A stretch of 24,669 nt of DNA, taken from IMG/VR virus record IMGVR_UViG_3300033143_001674, positions 1-24,669 of that record; one strand, given 5' to 3'. Origin of the DNA: a virus (lineage: Duplodnaviria > Caudoviricetes). Below are positions 6,867-16,300 of this stretch, in pieces. A program made the translations under genes and the position numbers. The notes beneath the pieces were generated by a model. The model saw only the letters and a program-made list of their open reading frames with translations, searched no databases and had not been told where the DNA came from. Within the stretch, counting starts at the first letter, position 1. Every line of letters starts with the position of its first letter.

Positions 6867-9184
6867 CAGTTACCGCCCACGTCAACCTGTGGGATCACCG
6901 ATAATATTGACAGAGGCAGGGGTGACCGCTGTTCAATCCTCACGCCGCCGCCCTTCGACCACTGAGGCTCAATGTATATTTCTTGCTTGTAAGTCTTCAG
7001 CGCGATAGGGTCGTATTCATCGGTGTAGTCCCTCGGTTTAATCTCCAACATGTCAACCACCGACCCATCGTCGTTTATCGGCCCCACAAAACCCCCTCGT
7101 GACCGCTCAACCTCGATGGTAACCTTGGACACCGACACCGACTGTGCTTTCAACGTCTGACCCGGCGCGGGGGTGTCGAGGTCTAGTGTTTCTATGGCCG
7201 GAAGGTAGCTCAGCCCCACATGCACGGTGGATGCTGCACGGGCCAGTGTTATCTGGCCGCCGGTTACTGCCTGTGCGGGAACCGTGTAGCCGTCCGCCAG
7301 GATCGTCACGGACTCGCCTTCGAGGTGGCCTAGCCCAGTTATCACAGTGGCAGGTGCGCCCGAGTAAGTAAGCCCCGAGTCGACGTAGAAACAGTCGGCG
7401 GGGGTGGTGGACTCTCGCGGTTCTAGGCGCTCGACGTACCTGACATCGACCCCCTCTATGTTTCGCTTGACGATCGCGTACACCGCGTCACGTCCGTCCT
7501 CTGATATTGAAGCCACTGACTCGAACGCCCCTTGTGTGCTGTGCTGATGCCACCCCCACACTTGGTGTTCGCGCTGGTACGTTAGCCCCAGCAGCACCCC
7601 GTCATCTCTGACGCACCAAACGATCCCGTACGGCTCGGCGGAATACGCCATCGACAATACCTGTTTGCCCTCAAATAGGTGCTCCGACATCAATGACAGG
7701 TCGTTACCGGTGTACTTGTCGCTACTAAACTCGTACCCGAGGTCGCGCAACCTCGCACCCTTCTCTTGTAAGTACAGCGCTGTGCTGTTAATCACTACCG
7801 GGGGTACGACTGAGCACCCATTGTACGACTGAATCCGTACGCCCACTGTGCCAGGGGTGAGTACTCTATCCTGCCCCTCTGTCAGTATCCACTCGCCCCC
7901 TGACGTTAGCAGGACTAGTGAGTCTAGCGGCAGTAGGTGCCTTATCTCGTTCACCTGCTGCGCTGCTATCGTGAACGTCACCGCGTCGTCATCTCTCGCA
8001 GGGGTCGACGTTCGCATCGAGTTAAAGTTGTTTGTTTGAGTGGTATACGCCGCTTGTGGCTCGTTGCCTGTGTTAGCGAACACCTGCCGCTGTTGGTAGT
8101 ACGTCACCGCGCTGGGCTTGTTGTTGCTGCCGTTAAACGGCTGCCTGTCTTGCGGCGGTGCGTCAGACGTGACCGGCGCAATGTTGTAGTCGTCGAAACT
8201 CAGTGTGTTAGTGTCCCCTACCCAGCCGTACACTTCCGTGCCGCTCGACGGGTCTTTGTACACCCTGTAGTGATCCGCCCCTGCCACTGCGCCCCATCCC
8301 AGCCTCACACCGCCTGTCTGCGATAGCGACTTAGCTGTGACCGAGGCGGGCGACGACGCTAGTGACTCGACCCCCTCACCGTCTACCGCTGTGACGACGT
8401 AAGTGTAGCCTTTACTGTAAGACCCGAACCCACTGCCTACTGTGGTGGCACTGTTAGCCCGCGTCGCGGTTCCTCCAGATACATATGCGGTGTACGCGGT
8501 GGAGTCTTCATCCTGTAGCTCGAACGTGTCAGCGGTCAGCACCGTTACTTTGAATGATCTGTTGTTGAGTTCAGTCATCCCCGCGACATCTGTAATCACG
8601 ATGGTGTTGCCTGTGACGAAGGTGTGCCCCACCGCCGTGACGACCGCTGGGTTTGCCTGTGTCACCGCCGTCACACTCTTGACGGTTGACCCAGAGAACG
8701 TGGGTGGGGTGACAGTGGGCGCGTAGTCGATCATCGTCAGTGTCCAGTTATCGTCTGCTAACCGATTGAGGTTAGCAGGATCGTGGTCGGGGTGTACCAA
8801 CGTCATCACATCCGCGTTCTGAGTAAACCCGAGTCGCGGCAATTGCGCCTCGGTGTAAGGGGTTACTAGCTCGAATATGGAAGGCCCCCCGCCCGCCAGC
8901 ACGAAACCCCCCTCTTTGATGACTCTGACTTTCAAATGTTCAAACACCAACATGTAGGTCTGTTCGGTGTTAAAGCTGAAGGGTATCAACCTGCCCACGC
9001 GGGTCGAGTCGTCTAGCGCCCCTGAGAAGCGGAACCCTGGTCGTGTGTAAGCACCGCCCTGTGGCTTTACAAAAAAGTTTTCGCACAAGCCCAGCCCCGT
9101 TGCGTATTTACTTAAGTCCGCCCTCGACCGCAATGCCGGTGCGATCTCGCCGGAAGTGAAACTGCGTTGTGTGGTCTGCGGCAT
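6866..9184 (-). CDS. Tail nozzle (tail tubular protein B), 772 aa, with an inserted E1-FCCH-like beta domain
   Basis: SFTSGEIAPALRSRADL, RLIPFSFNTEQTYMLVF, PSAVTYYQQR, DLSLMSEHLF, WGWHQH, FYVDSGL and C-terminal QRSPLPLSILS motifs; follows the adaptor gene. Confidence 0.9.
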   Translation of the reverse strand: MPQTTQRSFTSGEIAPALRSRADLSKYATGLGLCENFFVKPQGGAYTRPGFRFSGALDDSTRVGRLIPFSFNTEQTYMLVFEHLKVRVIKEGGFVLAGGGPSIFELVTPYTEAQLPRLGFTQNADVMTLVHPDHDPANLNRLADDNWTLTMIDYAPTVTPPTFSGSTVKSVTAVTQANPAVVTAVGHTFVTGNTIVITDVAGMTELNNRSFKVTVLTADTFELQDEDSTAYTAYVSGGTATRANSATTVGSGFGSYSKGYTYVVTAVDGEGVESLASSPASVTAKSLSQTGGVRLGWGAVAGADHYRVYKDPSSGTEVYGWVGDTNTLSFDDYNIAPVTSDAPPQDRQPFNGSNNKPSAVTYYQQRQVFANTGNEPQAAYTTQTNNFNSMRTSTPARDDDAVTFTIAAQQVNEIRHLLPLDSLVLLTSGGEWILTEGQDRVLTPGTVGVRIQSYNGCSVVPPVVINSTALYLQEKGARLRDLGYEFSSDKYTGNDLSLMSEHLFEGKQVLSMAYSAEPYGIVWCVRDDGVLLGLTYQREHQVWGWHQHSTQGAFESVASISEDGRDAVYAIVKRNIEGVDVRYVERLEPRESTTPADCFYVDSGLTYSGAPATVITGLGHLEGESVTILADGYTVPAQAVTGGQITLARAASTVHVGLSYLPAIETLDLDTPAPGQTLKAQSVSVSKVTIEVERSRGGFVGPINDDGSVVDMLEIKPRDYTDEYDPIALKTYKQEIYIEPQWSKGGGVRIEQRSPLPLSILSVIPQVDVGGN

Positions 9185-9187
9185 CGG

Positions 9188-9844
9188 TTAACTCCTAACT
9201 GTGACAAAATCGCTCTCTCCGGGCGTGAAATATTGGTCGTTTTGATCGCTGGCGATAGCAGCGTCAAAGTACTGCCGGTACAGTTGCAACGAGTCGTTGC
9301 GTAGCGCACGGCCCAGCTCCGCGCCGACGATAGGCACCGCGATCTCTGAGGCCAACAGGTGCGACAACGCCAGTATGAAGTCATCACTGTACAGTGTCGG
9401 GTCGTCAACCTTGGCGGCGAAGTCCGCGCGCAGATCCGGTTGATCCGATCCGATCGTTTTACTGCCATCGAAGTTAAAGATCTCGTATGGTATCTGCCTG
9501 CGCGCATCCTTCAGCGATATAACCTGACTATCGAGTGCGCGAGACACCACGCCTGAGCTGCCCGCCGGTATACCTTCGTATGACCCCACCAGACGGTTGA
9601 TCTTCAGGCAGTCAACTGGGTATTGGTACGCATACGCCCAGTTGAATACGTCGACCGTCACCGGCGCTAGTGCCCTGATTTTACGGTTGAACTGCCAGGG
9701 TATCTCTCTCAAACATCTATCCCGCAAAATCGGGTATTTAAGCCTACAGGCATTAGCGGGTAAACTCAGTTCCGCTAAGGAACCAATGCTGCCTCCGCGA
9801 ACGTTAGCCAGCGCCATGTTGCATATGTCAACTTCTGAAGTCAT
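9188..9844 (-). CDS. Head-tail adaptor (tail tubular protein A), 218 aa
   Basis: SEVDICNMAL, WQFN, WAYAYQYPVDCL and FILALSHLLASEIA motifs; position before the nozzle. Confidence 0.88.
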   Translation of the reverse strand: MTSEVDICNMALANVRGGSIGSLAELSLPANACRLKYPILRDRCLREIPWQFNRKIRALAPVTVDVFNWAYAYQYPVDCLKINRLVGSYEGIPAGSSGVVSRALDSQVISLKDARRQIPYEIFNFDGSKTIGSDQPDLRADFAAKVDDPTLYSDDFILALSHLLASEIAVPIVGAELGRALRNDSLQLYRQYFDAAIASDQNDQYFTPGESDFVTVRS

Positions 9845-9853
9845 TGATCCCCC

Positions 9854-10168
9854 CTATTGTGCGTCGGGGCCGTAGAGCTGTTCTGCTCGGTCGCCCGTTT
9901 CACGTCGCAATTCTAACACGGTGAGTTGCACCGTGAGGTTCTTGTCAGAGCTACCTACCGTGCTGTGCTCAGACTTGTGGTCTACGAAGGCGAAGCCCCG
10001 AACCTCAACGACATCGCCCACCACTAAATTCTCAATACCTAACTCGCCCAGAAGCTCTCCACCAAAACTCAAGCTAGTGCCGTAGGGATAGTGCGCGCCA
10101 TCAGAACAACACGTCATGTCCCCGTCACCATCTGGTTGTTTACTAATCTTTACTTGATCTTCTGGCAT
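9854..10168 (-). CDS. Capsid staple/decoration protein (epsilon15 gp10-like), 104 aa
   Basis: YPYGTSLSF...LGI...VGDVVEV...V...LTVQLT...LY pattern resembles epsilon15 gp10 as I recall it; same slot just before the adaptor. Confidence 0.7.
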   Translation of the reverse strand: MPEDQVKISKQPDGDGDMTCCSDGAHYPYGTSLSFGGELLGELGIENLVVGDVVEVRGFAFVDHKSEHSTVGSSDKNLTVQLTVLELRRETGDRAEQLYGPDAQ

Positions 10169-10177
10169 GATGCGCCC

Positions 10178-10468
10178 CTATAGTGTTTCGACAGTGGACG
10201 GCGCACCCAAGAACGATGCGCCTGCAATTTCTTTCTGGTCGTCATCCGCTTTCTTTTTGGCGGCGGCGGTCGACCGGCCCTCCGCCGACTTGCGTGCCTT
10301 CGCTTGCGCGGGGGTTTCGGCCACCGCTGCTTTGAGCCAAGAAGGGACTTGCTCTTTCTTGTTTTTCATGGGGAAAGGGCCTTCGGTGTACAGGACGCGA
10401 CGCTTCCCGTCAGGGTCGTACGCTTTGCCGTCATAAAAACCTTTTCTTAATACTTCATATTTACGCAT
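10178..10468 (-). CDS. Hypothetical Lys/Ala-rich virion-module protein, 96 aa
   Basis: Start re-assigned to ATG 10468 (MRKYEVLRKGFY) because the track start at 10513 lies in the hairpin after the cement gene; GGGA upstream. Confidence 0.7.
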   Translation of the reverse strand: MRKYEVLRKGFYDGKAYDPDGKRRVLYTEGPFPMKNKKEQVPSWLKAAVAETPAQAKARKSAEGRSTAAAKKKADDDQKEIAGASFLGAPSTVETL

Positions 10469-10490
10469 GTTGATATCCCGTGTGGTTGGT

Positions 10491-10512
10491 GAAATGGGGG
10501 CCGAAGCCCCCA
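10491..10512 (-). terminator. Probable leaky intrinsic terminator after the capsid/cement genes
   Basis: Minus strand TGGGGGC-TTCG-GCCCCCA-TTTC: 7-bp stem, C(UUCG)G loop, short U tract. Confidence 0.7.
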
Positions 10513-10518
10513 CGTTGA

Positions 10519-10950
10519 CTACGCCCCTGTGACGTTGGTCTGGTTGCCCATCGTAATACCGGCGGTTATTCTACCGGTGGTTGGGGCGGTGCCGACCACC
10601 ACGTACTCGATACCTAAGTACCTTTCGTTGATTTCATTCGGCAATACTTCCACGGGGAACTGATAGCCAACCAGCAAGTCGGCCAGCAAGACTACCTTGC
10701 TAATGACCGTCGTACCCAGCGCTGTCGTAGCGCCTGTCGAGATTTTAATCTCCAAGCTGGTCAGGTTGTCAAACCCCTCGGTAACCTGTATCAAGATCGG
10801 AACCTTGTTACCTTTACCCTTGCCGTTGTTCAGCGCTGCCGCAGCCCCGTATGGAGTGCCCGCGACCCCCAGGTCGATGACGTTAGTGGAGTCCGCAGAG
10901 GCAGTGATTGCTTGCTCGTCCGAGAAGATTTGTTGTGCAGATAAGATCAT
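10519..10950 (-). CDS. Capsid cement protein (Bbp16-like), 143 aa
   Basis: MILSAQQIFSDEQAITASADSTNVIDL, ERYLGIEYVV and TTGRITAGI motifs; immediately after the MCP. Confidence 0.88.
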   Translation of the reverse strand: MILSAQQIFSDEQAITASADSTNVIDLGVAGTPYGAAAALNNGKGKGNKVPILIQVTEGFDNLTSLEIKISTGATTALGTTVISKVVLLADLLVGYQFPVEVLPNEINERYLGIEYVVVGTAPTTGRITAGITMGNQTNVTGA

Positions 10951-10988
10951 AGTAATTATCCCAAATTTATTTAAGTAAACGAGCGGTG

Positions 10989-11987
10989 TTAAACCACACG
11001 TGCTTCAGTGTTAAGCAACGCATCACTTTCACGGATAGGAATGCCACGGTATGTAGTGACCTCCTGGCCCTCAATCTCTATCGTTTTCAAGCGAATGAAG
11101 CTGTCTGTCGCACCTGCGTTCGTTGCCAATGCGTCCAGCGCCTCGAGAACGTCGCGGTTGCAGTAGATAGCCATCTTGCCACCCGCCACACGGCGATTTT
11201 GCAACTTGTAATATGCTTTGCGCATGAAGTCATACAGAGCAACTGTTCCACCGGCCATGTCACTGACATCAATGTTAGCAACGCGGGAAACGTAGCGCCA
11301 ATCTTTGACCGCCATACCTACGTGCCAAGTGAACTTCTCCTCTTTGGCGTAGTAAGGATTGCCGCTGCCGTCGAGCACACGCTGTTCGCCCATGTCTTCG
11401 CGCTGCACACCGGCCTGCGTACCCTTCGGATAGAGCAAGTTACATTGGTTATCGCCCCATGTGACGAACCAGATAGACGTATTGTCCGCACCAACGCCGC
11501 CTGCGTCGATGATCTGGCCACCATTGGATGCGCCAAGGTCGTTGAAGCGAGGCGCAAGCCCCATGAACTCTTCAGGATCTGAGGCAGAGTTGCCATAGAA
11601 CACTTTAGTGCCCACTTCGTTCGACATCGCTTCGAGGAACGCCTGCGCTTCCGACAAACGTACCGCACCTTCATTGGTGGATAGCTCAAGCAGTCGCTTA
11701 TCAACGGTGCTAAGACCCTCAACAAAGCCGGTGGTGTCTTCGACTTGCGCCGTCCCCCCCTTGCTATTGGGCACACCTTGGTACAAGCGGCCCCAAGTCA
11801 CTGCCGGCAGCCCTGTACGGACTGTGTGCAAGTGGGTGGTGCCCTTGTTACATTCAACCGCGATCGCATCTTCGAGGATCGGGTTCATTTCCATTAGCAT
11901 CTCGATGACAGGGTTGAACTGCCCCCGACCATCTTGCAGTTTATAGATGTCGATTAAGTCGACAAAGCTGTTGCCTAAAGTAGCCAT
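10989..11987 (-). CDS. Major capsid protein (HK97 fold; epsilon15 gp7/Bbp17-like), 332 aa
   Basis: VRTGLP, FYGNSASDPEEFMGLAPRF, TSIWFVTWG, VKDWRYVSRVANID and GIPIRESDALLNTEARVV motifs; RBS GAGG. Confidence 0.95.
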   Translation of the reverse strand: MATLGNSFVDLIDIYKLQDGRGQFNPVIEMLMEMNPILEDAIAVECNKGTTHLHTVRTGLPAVTWGRLYQGVPNSKGGTAQVEDTTGFVEGLSTVDKRLLELSTNEGAVRLSEAQAFLEAMSNEVGTKVFYGNSASDPEEFMGLAPRFNDLGASNGGQIIDAGGVGADNTSIWFVTWGDNQCNLLYPKGTQAGVQREDMGEQRVLDGSGNPYYAKEEKFTWHVGMAVKDWRYVSRVANIDVSDMAGGTVALYDFMRKAYYKLQNRRVAGGKMAIYCNRDVLEALDALATNAGATDSFIRLKTIEIEGQEVTTYRGIPIRESDALLNTEARVV

Positions 11988-11998
11988 TTTTAACCTCG

Positions 11999-12685
11999 TT
12001 AGTTAGTATTTTTATCATTCGGATACAGGAGGGATACACGGTCTTGTGCTTTGGATGTCGGGGCAACTGCTCCCCCTGGTACGTCCTCGGCGGTCAACCT
12101 TCCTACCTTCACCATAAACCGGATAACTTCGGGATGGTTGCCCACACCGTGTTCTTCCAGCAATTGTTTTAACTCTGGCGTACCAAACTTATCTATGGCA
12201 GATCGCGCAACACCGACACTTTCTTCAAACTTGTCGCCGCCAAACTCCTTGTCGTTCCTAGATTGGTCTTGCCAGTCATTCATCATTTGGTTAAAAGCAT
12301 CGACCTGGCCCTGCGAACCCGCCTGGACTTGTTTTGCTTGGAAGTCAACTAGCTTCTGCGCTTGTTCCTGACTCAACCCCAACTCTTTGAAAATTGGAGA
12401 TGCTTCAGCTAACAGTGCGGAATCTACGTCAACCCCCTCGGGCATAACAAAGTCGGCATAGGTGCCGGGGGCGGTCGGACTACCTTCGCCCTCCTGTTCG
12501 GCGGCAGGGATGCCACCGGTATCGTCCGCAACTGCTGCTGCGTCAAAACTCGTCGACACTGCTGGGTTACCAGTGTCCTCTATAATGTCGGTCTCAGTCT
12601 GTACGCCTGTGGTGCCTGCTGCGTCGCCATCGGCACCCGCTTGCTCACGGTACACTCTTCCCATCCAATTGTTTTTAGTTTTCAT
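11999..12685 (-). CDS. Capsid scaffolding/assembly protein, 228 aa
   Basis: Acidic low-complexity N-terminus, KELGLSQEQAQKLVD, GNHPEVIRFMVKVG, C-terminal LLYP; directly upstream of the MCP. Confidence 0.82.
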   Translation of the reverse strand: MKTKNNWMGRVYREQAGADGDAAGTTGVQTETDIIEDTGNPAVSTSFDAAAVADDTGGIPAAEQEGEGSPTAPGTYADFVMPEGVDVDSALLAEASPIFKELGLSQEQAQKLVDFQAKQVQAGSQGQVDAFNQMMNDWQDQSRNDKEFGGDKFEESVGVARSAIDKFGTPELKQLLEEHGVGNHPEVIRFMVKVGRLTAEDVPGGAVAPTSKAQDRVSLLYPNDKNTN

Positions 12686-12689
12686 CTCG

Positions 12690-12941
12690 TCACCTATTCT
12701 CTTTTAGCATTTTAAAATAACTGTCGGGGGCAGCTTCCCTCAACTCCGCGTCGAGCCACAACCCGTGACCCCTTAGACCGGCGTTATATGAGTGCTGCAC
12801 CGTGTCCTTGTTGAATATGTTCTCAAAAGTGCAGCAATTCTGCAAGCATCGCCACATAAACTCTCGGCCCGTTGGGGTTGCCATCACGTTGCGCGTCGCA
12901 AGTAGCTCCAGTTCGCGTGCTCCTTCCGTATCGCCAGCCAT
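12690..12941 (-). CDS. Bbp19-like small phage protein, 83 aa
   Basis: VMATPTGREFMWRCL...YNAGLRGHGLWL pattern; sits between portal and scaffold. Confidence 0.75.
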   Translation of the reverse strand: MAGDTEGARELELLATRNVMATPTGREFMWRCLQNCCTFENIFNKDTVQHSYNAGLRGHGLWLDAELREAAPDSYFKMLKENR

Positions 12942-14614
12942 CAGCCAATCCCAGCTCGCTGCATCACAGCGCCTAGCGCGTTGTTCTCGCTCACTTCCGT
13001 CTCTGATGCAGTCTTAGCCATATCAGCCCCTTGTTGCGCCATCGCCATCGCACGCGCTTGTGTGGCCTGCTGCGCCTCCGCTTGTGCCATCGCTTCGACC
13101 TCACTATCGCTTCGAACAATCGACGGGTCAACGCCTAGTGACTCCGCGTACTCATCAATCGCGCGGCCGGCATCGACCTTGTGACGCGCCTCCGGCCACA
13201 CCTGCGCGACTTGACTTGTGAACCCTACTAAGCGGTCAACTGCGCCGGTAGCGACTAGCCGCTGCGCTTGTGCAAGCACTGACACGTATTCCACGTTCAG
13301 TTCCCTGTCTTGCAGTTCAGGGGGCGGTGGCGGTAACACACCATTCTGCTGCAAAATGCTGAACGTTCGGTCGATCAGCGGGTCAAGCAACTCGGTGTGT
13401 AGTCGTTCAAGTACAGGGCCTAGCATGAGTAATTTCTCTTCGTGCTTCTCCGCAACCTCGCGGGCTGTTATCTGGCGACGGTCTGTCTGCGCCAGCATTA
13501 AAAATAGATCTTCGTAAAAAGCCCGTTGCACCCGCTGTTCGACGGTGTGTATTTCCTCTCGAATAACATTAACATCAGGGCGGTAGTTGCCGTAGATGCT
13601 CGATAGGCCCACGCTGGTCTGGTCGTGCCACACAATGTCATTAGGCCCTACAACGCCCCCATTGATCTTGTTCCGAAGGGCTGACGGGCCTTGTAACGGC
13701 GGGTTCACCAGCTTATCAATTGCTTGATATTTACGACGTTCAGCCAGTTGCAGCGCCTTAGTGTCCCCTAGCGCGGTGATGCCGGGGCAATCTGTCGCGT
13801 AAACGTCCTCGGCGGTTACGTCCCACCGGGGTGCTACGATAGGGAACCCATCAAACCCTGATTGCCGCAGGAACTTCTCGTCCCCATCACGCGCACCCTT
13901 GTTCGCTTCGTAATAAACACTTCGCCACGGCTTCTGGCTTGCAAGGGGGCTATTGCCATCCCTCTCGTCGTTCGGCTCAACTGCGTGGACGATCTTCACC
14001 CACGCCTCACTGTTCCCCTTCTCCCACTGCTCCTTGACGGATTGACTGACACTATCGATGCCAAACTGCTTGACGCACTGGCCCACGCTCACTTCATACT
14101 CCCGGTAGAACGTATCGCTGACATTCCGGCTGTTCAGGCCAATCATGTAGCTGCCGACGGTGTAGGGTTTGCACCAAATAACATTATCGAAATCTTGGTA
14201 TATCCCCATCGCGGCGGTGCCAAATGTCCCCAGTTCTGAGTAAAGTTGGTGCAATGCGTTGTACGCATTCGACTGCGAGAACACCTTGTACATCAACTGT
14301 TGGACTTGATGCAGCCAATGTTTCACCGCTGAACTGTCGTCCAGGTCACTGTCACCCGATGATAGCCGAAACCAGGGTCTCGCTGGCGATGTGATGCCTG
14401 ACATCATCCCTGACGCGAGCGTCCTATTCGCGAGACGCGACGTGTTGTTGATTTGTTTGGTGTTGCGCTTGTAGCCCTTGTTACGATCTGATGTCAGAAA
14501 TCTGCCTCTATGTGCGAGGTGATAGTCTGATAGCTCACGGTACAGTGGTATGAACGACGATCGCTCAGATCGCAGCGCTTCTAATCTCTTATTGTAGCTT
14601 ATGATAGTAGTCAT
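12941..14614 (-). CDS. Portal protein (head-tail connector), 557 aa
   Basis: LASGMMSGITSPARPWF, PRWDV, ALGDTKALQ, AFYEDLF and ITAREVAEKHEEKLLMLGPVLERL motifs of T7/BPP-1-type portals. Confidence 0.95.
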   Translation of the reverse strand: MTTIISYNKRLEALRSERSSFIPLYRELSDYHLAHRGRFLTSDRNKGYKRNTKQINNTSRLANRTLASGMMSGITSPARPWFRLSSGDSDLDDSSAVKHWLHQVQQLMYKVFSQSNAYNALHQLYSELGTFGTAAMGIYQDFDNVIWCKPYTVGSYMIGLNSRNVSDTFYREYEVSVGQCVKQFGIDSVSQSVKEQWEKGNSEAWVKIVHAVEPNDERDGNSPLASQKPWRSVYYEANKGARDGDEKFLRQSGFDGFPIVAPRWDVTAEDVYATDCPGITALGDTKALQLAERRKYQAIDKLVNPPLQGPSALRNKINGGVVGPNDIVWHDQTSVGLSSIYGNYRPDVNVIREEIHTVEQRVQRAFYEDLFLMLAQTDRRQITAREVAEKHEEKLLMLGPVLERLHTELLDPLIDRTFSILQQNGVLPPPPPELQDRELNVEYVSVLAQAQRLVATGAVDRLVGFTSQVAQVWPEARHKVDAGRAIDEYAESLGVDPSIVRSDSEVEAMAQAEAQQATQARAMAMAQQGADMAKTASETEVSENNALGAVMQRAGIG

Positions 14615-16062
14615 TAGTGAAACTCCACGAGGTCGATAGATGCAGTAAATGTCCCGTTTACAGGGCCGCCGGGGTCTATTTCTACCACGAGATCCTCCCC
14701 TGGGCGTATGCGTATGGATTGGTCTTTGACGTTCTCCAGCAATGTTGCCCCTGCTTTTAGGACTCTGGCTCGCCCTCGCTTGCCGCCGGTGACTGTCCCG
14801 CCCTTGGCGATCTCTAGGACGCTGTTGTCTGTGTCAACATCGACGAACGCCCCGCCGCCTGCAACCGTGCCCCCCACAGATCCGTACACTACAACATCCT
14901 TATTGCCGTTGTTAACTAAGTCAATGACCGCCATGCCTGCCAGTGTGTGGTTGTTCTTGCCTCGGTATATGCTCTTACTTCTGATGACAAACATCACGGT
15001 TCTGGCTGCGGACACTAACTCCTGCTCGAGGTTAGTGATGCTGAACCACCGGTCGCTGACTGAGGCCTCCCCGCCGCCCGTCACAACCCCAGCGCGCCAA
15101 CTCCCTGTCAGTATGCGAAGATCCGCGCCCACCCCTGTAGTCCTCTCGATTTTCACAGCGACAGGCAGTGACGGGTTGTCAAGGTGGGTGTCCACTGCCT
15201 CATTGATGAACTTAAACTTATGACACGGCAGCACGTGGCCCTCCTCTGACGTAATCTCTAGCGTAAGGTTCTTGATTCCGTGCCACACATATTTCAGTTC
15301 AGGAACTTGACCCGTTTGGAGATCCATGTCGTATGAGGACTCGCCGCTGCCGTCCATCACGTCGATGTTCCAGTCTACTTGTGCAACAAACGAGACTGCT
15401 CCCCCTTTTATGAACCACAGCCCTGAGTCTAGCCCCTGATACCCGAGGGCGAACCCGTCGAGGTCGTTAAGAAACCCTGCGTACTGGTTCACGTTAACTT
15501 CTGGCTCCGCGAACACTACGGACGGCATACAATACGATTCTCTGCCCGATCTATACCTGACCGCATCGAGCGATTCCAGCATAGCGCTGCCCACGCCCGT
15601 CCCTGTCGACACGGCGACCATCGAGCCTACTTGCCCGACCGCTCCCGTGCCCGTGACATCGTTCACGTCTCTAACATCGAAACTGCTTACGCCATATTGG
15701 AAATTTATACTAACGTCGTCCCGCCGCTCACCCACGAGCATTTCACCCGCTTGACTGACCGCCACCCGCCTGCCGGAAGAGTCGCTCATCACAGCCTGCT
15801 CGAACGGGTACTCTGTGAGGGTGAGTGCCGACCTGTCAGTCATGGCTAACACCCACACAGATTCCCTCGTGAAGGGTATAGGGAGCATCGTTTCCCGCCC
15901 CGCGCCCCCTAGTTCGTGGAACGCCACGTTCGTCCTGGTGGGCTTCGCGTTACTAATCGCGATGCGCACCGTGTCGCGGTGAGACTGCAACAGCATCGCA
16001 GTACCGCCGTCACTCACCCGTGTATACTGAGTCGTGTCAAGGTTTGCGACGCTAGTTGTCAC
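14614..16062 (-). CDS. Uncharacterised beta-rich protein, 482 aa (possible lectin-like virion accessory protein)
   Basis: Fills the gap exactly (GTG just after the upstream stop; TAATG overlap with the portal). Gly/Val/Ser-rich with RYRSG, QVDWNIDVMDGSGES, YVWHG and NPSLPV motifs. Confidence 0.75.
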   Translation of the reverse strand: MTTSVANLDTTQYTRVSDGGTAMLLQSHRDTVRIAISNAKPTRTNVAFHELGGAGRETMLPIPFTRESVWVLAMTDRSALTLTEYPFEQAVMSDSSGRRVAVSQAGEMLVGERRDDVSINFQYGVSSFDVRDVNDVTGTGAVGQVGSMVAVSTGTGVGSAMLESLDAVRYRSGRESYCMPSVVFAEPEVNVNQYAGFLNDLDGFALGYQGLDSGLWFIKGGAVSFVAQVDWNIDVMDGSGESSYDMDLQTGQVPELKYVWHGIKNLTLEITSEEGHVLPCHKFKFINEAVDTHLDNPSLPVAVKIERTTGVGADLRILTGSWRAGVVTGGGEASVSDRWFSITNLEQELVSAARTVMFVIRSKSIYRGKNNHTLAGMAVIDLVNNGNKDVVVYGSVGGTVAGGGAFVDVDTDNSVLEIAKGGTVTGGKRGRARVLKAGATLLENVKDQSIRIRPGEDLVVEIDPGGPVNGTFTASIDLVEFH

Positions 16063-16065
16063 GTG

Positions 16066-16284
16066 CTATTGCCCCAACAATGTCTTCGCTGCCGTAGCAC
16101 CTGCTGTTTGCACGCCACGTGCGCTTGTCAGGATAGTGCTTCTGCCAGTTTCACCGCCCGATGCTGCGGCGCGACGACGCTTGTCACGTGCCCCTGACGA
16201 CTCCCCTGCGGCTTCGTCTGGCGCTCGTGGAGCTTCTGGAACTGCTGGTGGTGGTGGTGGTGCTGATGATCCGCCTCCGCACAT
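16066..16284 (-). CDS. Small Pro-rich virion assembly protein (T7 gp7.3-like slot), 72 aa
   Basis: MCGGG-SAPPPPP...STILTSARGV...KTLLGQ, a pattern typical of the small gene upstream of podovirus portals; RBS AGGGG. Confidence 0.8.
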   Translation of the reverse strand: MCGGGSSAPPPPPAVPEAPRAPDEAAGESSGARDKRRRAAASGGETGRSTILTSARGVQTAGATAAKTLLGQ

Positions 16285-16300
16285 GATATTTCCCCTGGTC

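Noticed and set aside
16246-16261. (TGG)n run as a microsatellite
   Set aside because: It simply encodes the poly-Pro stretch of the 72-aa protein.
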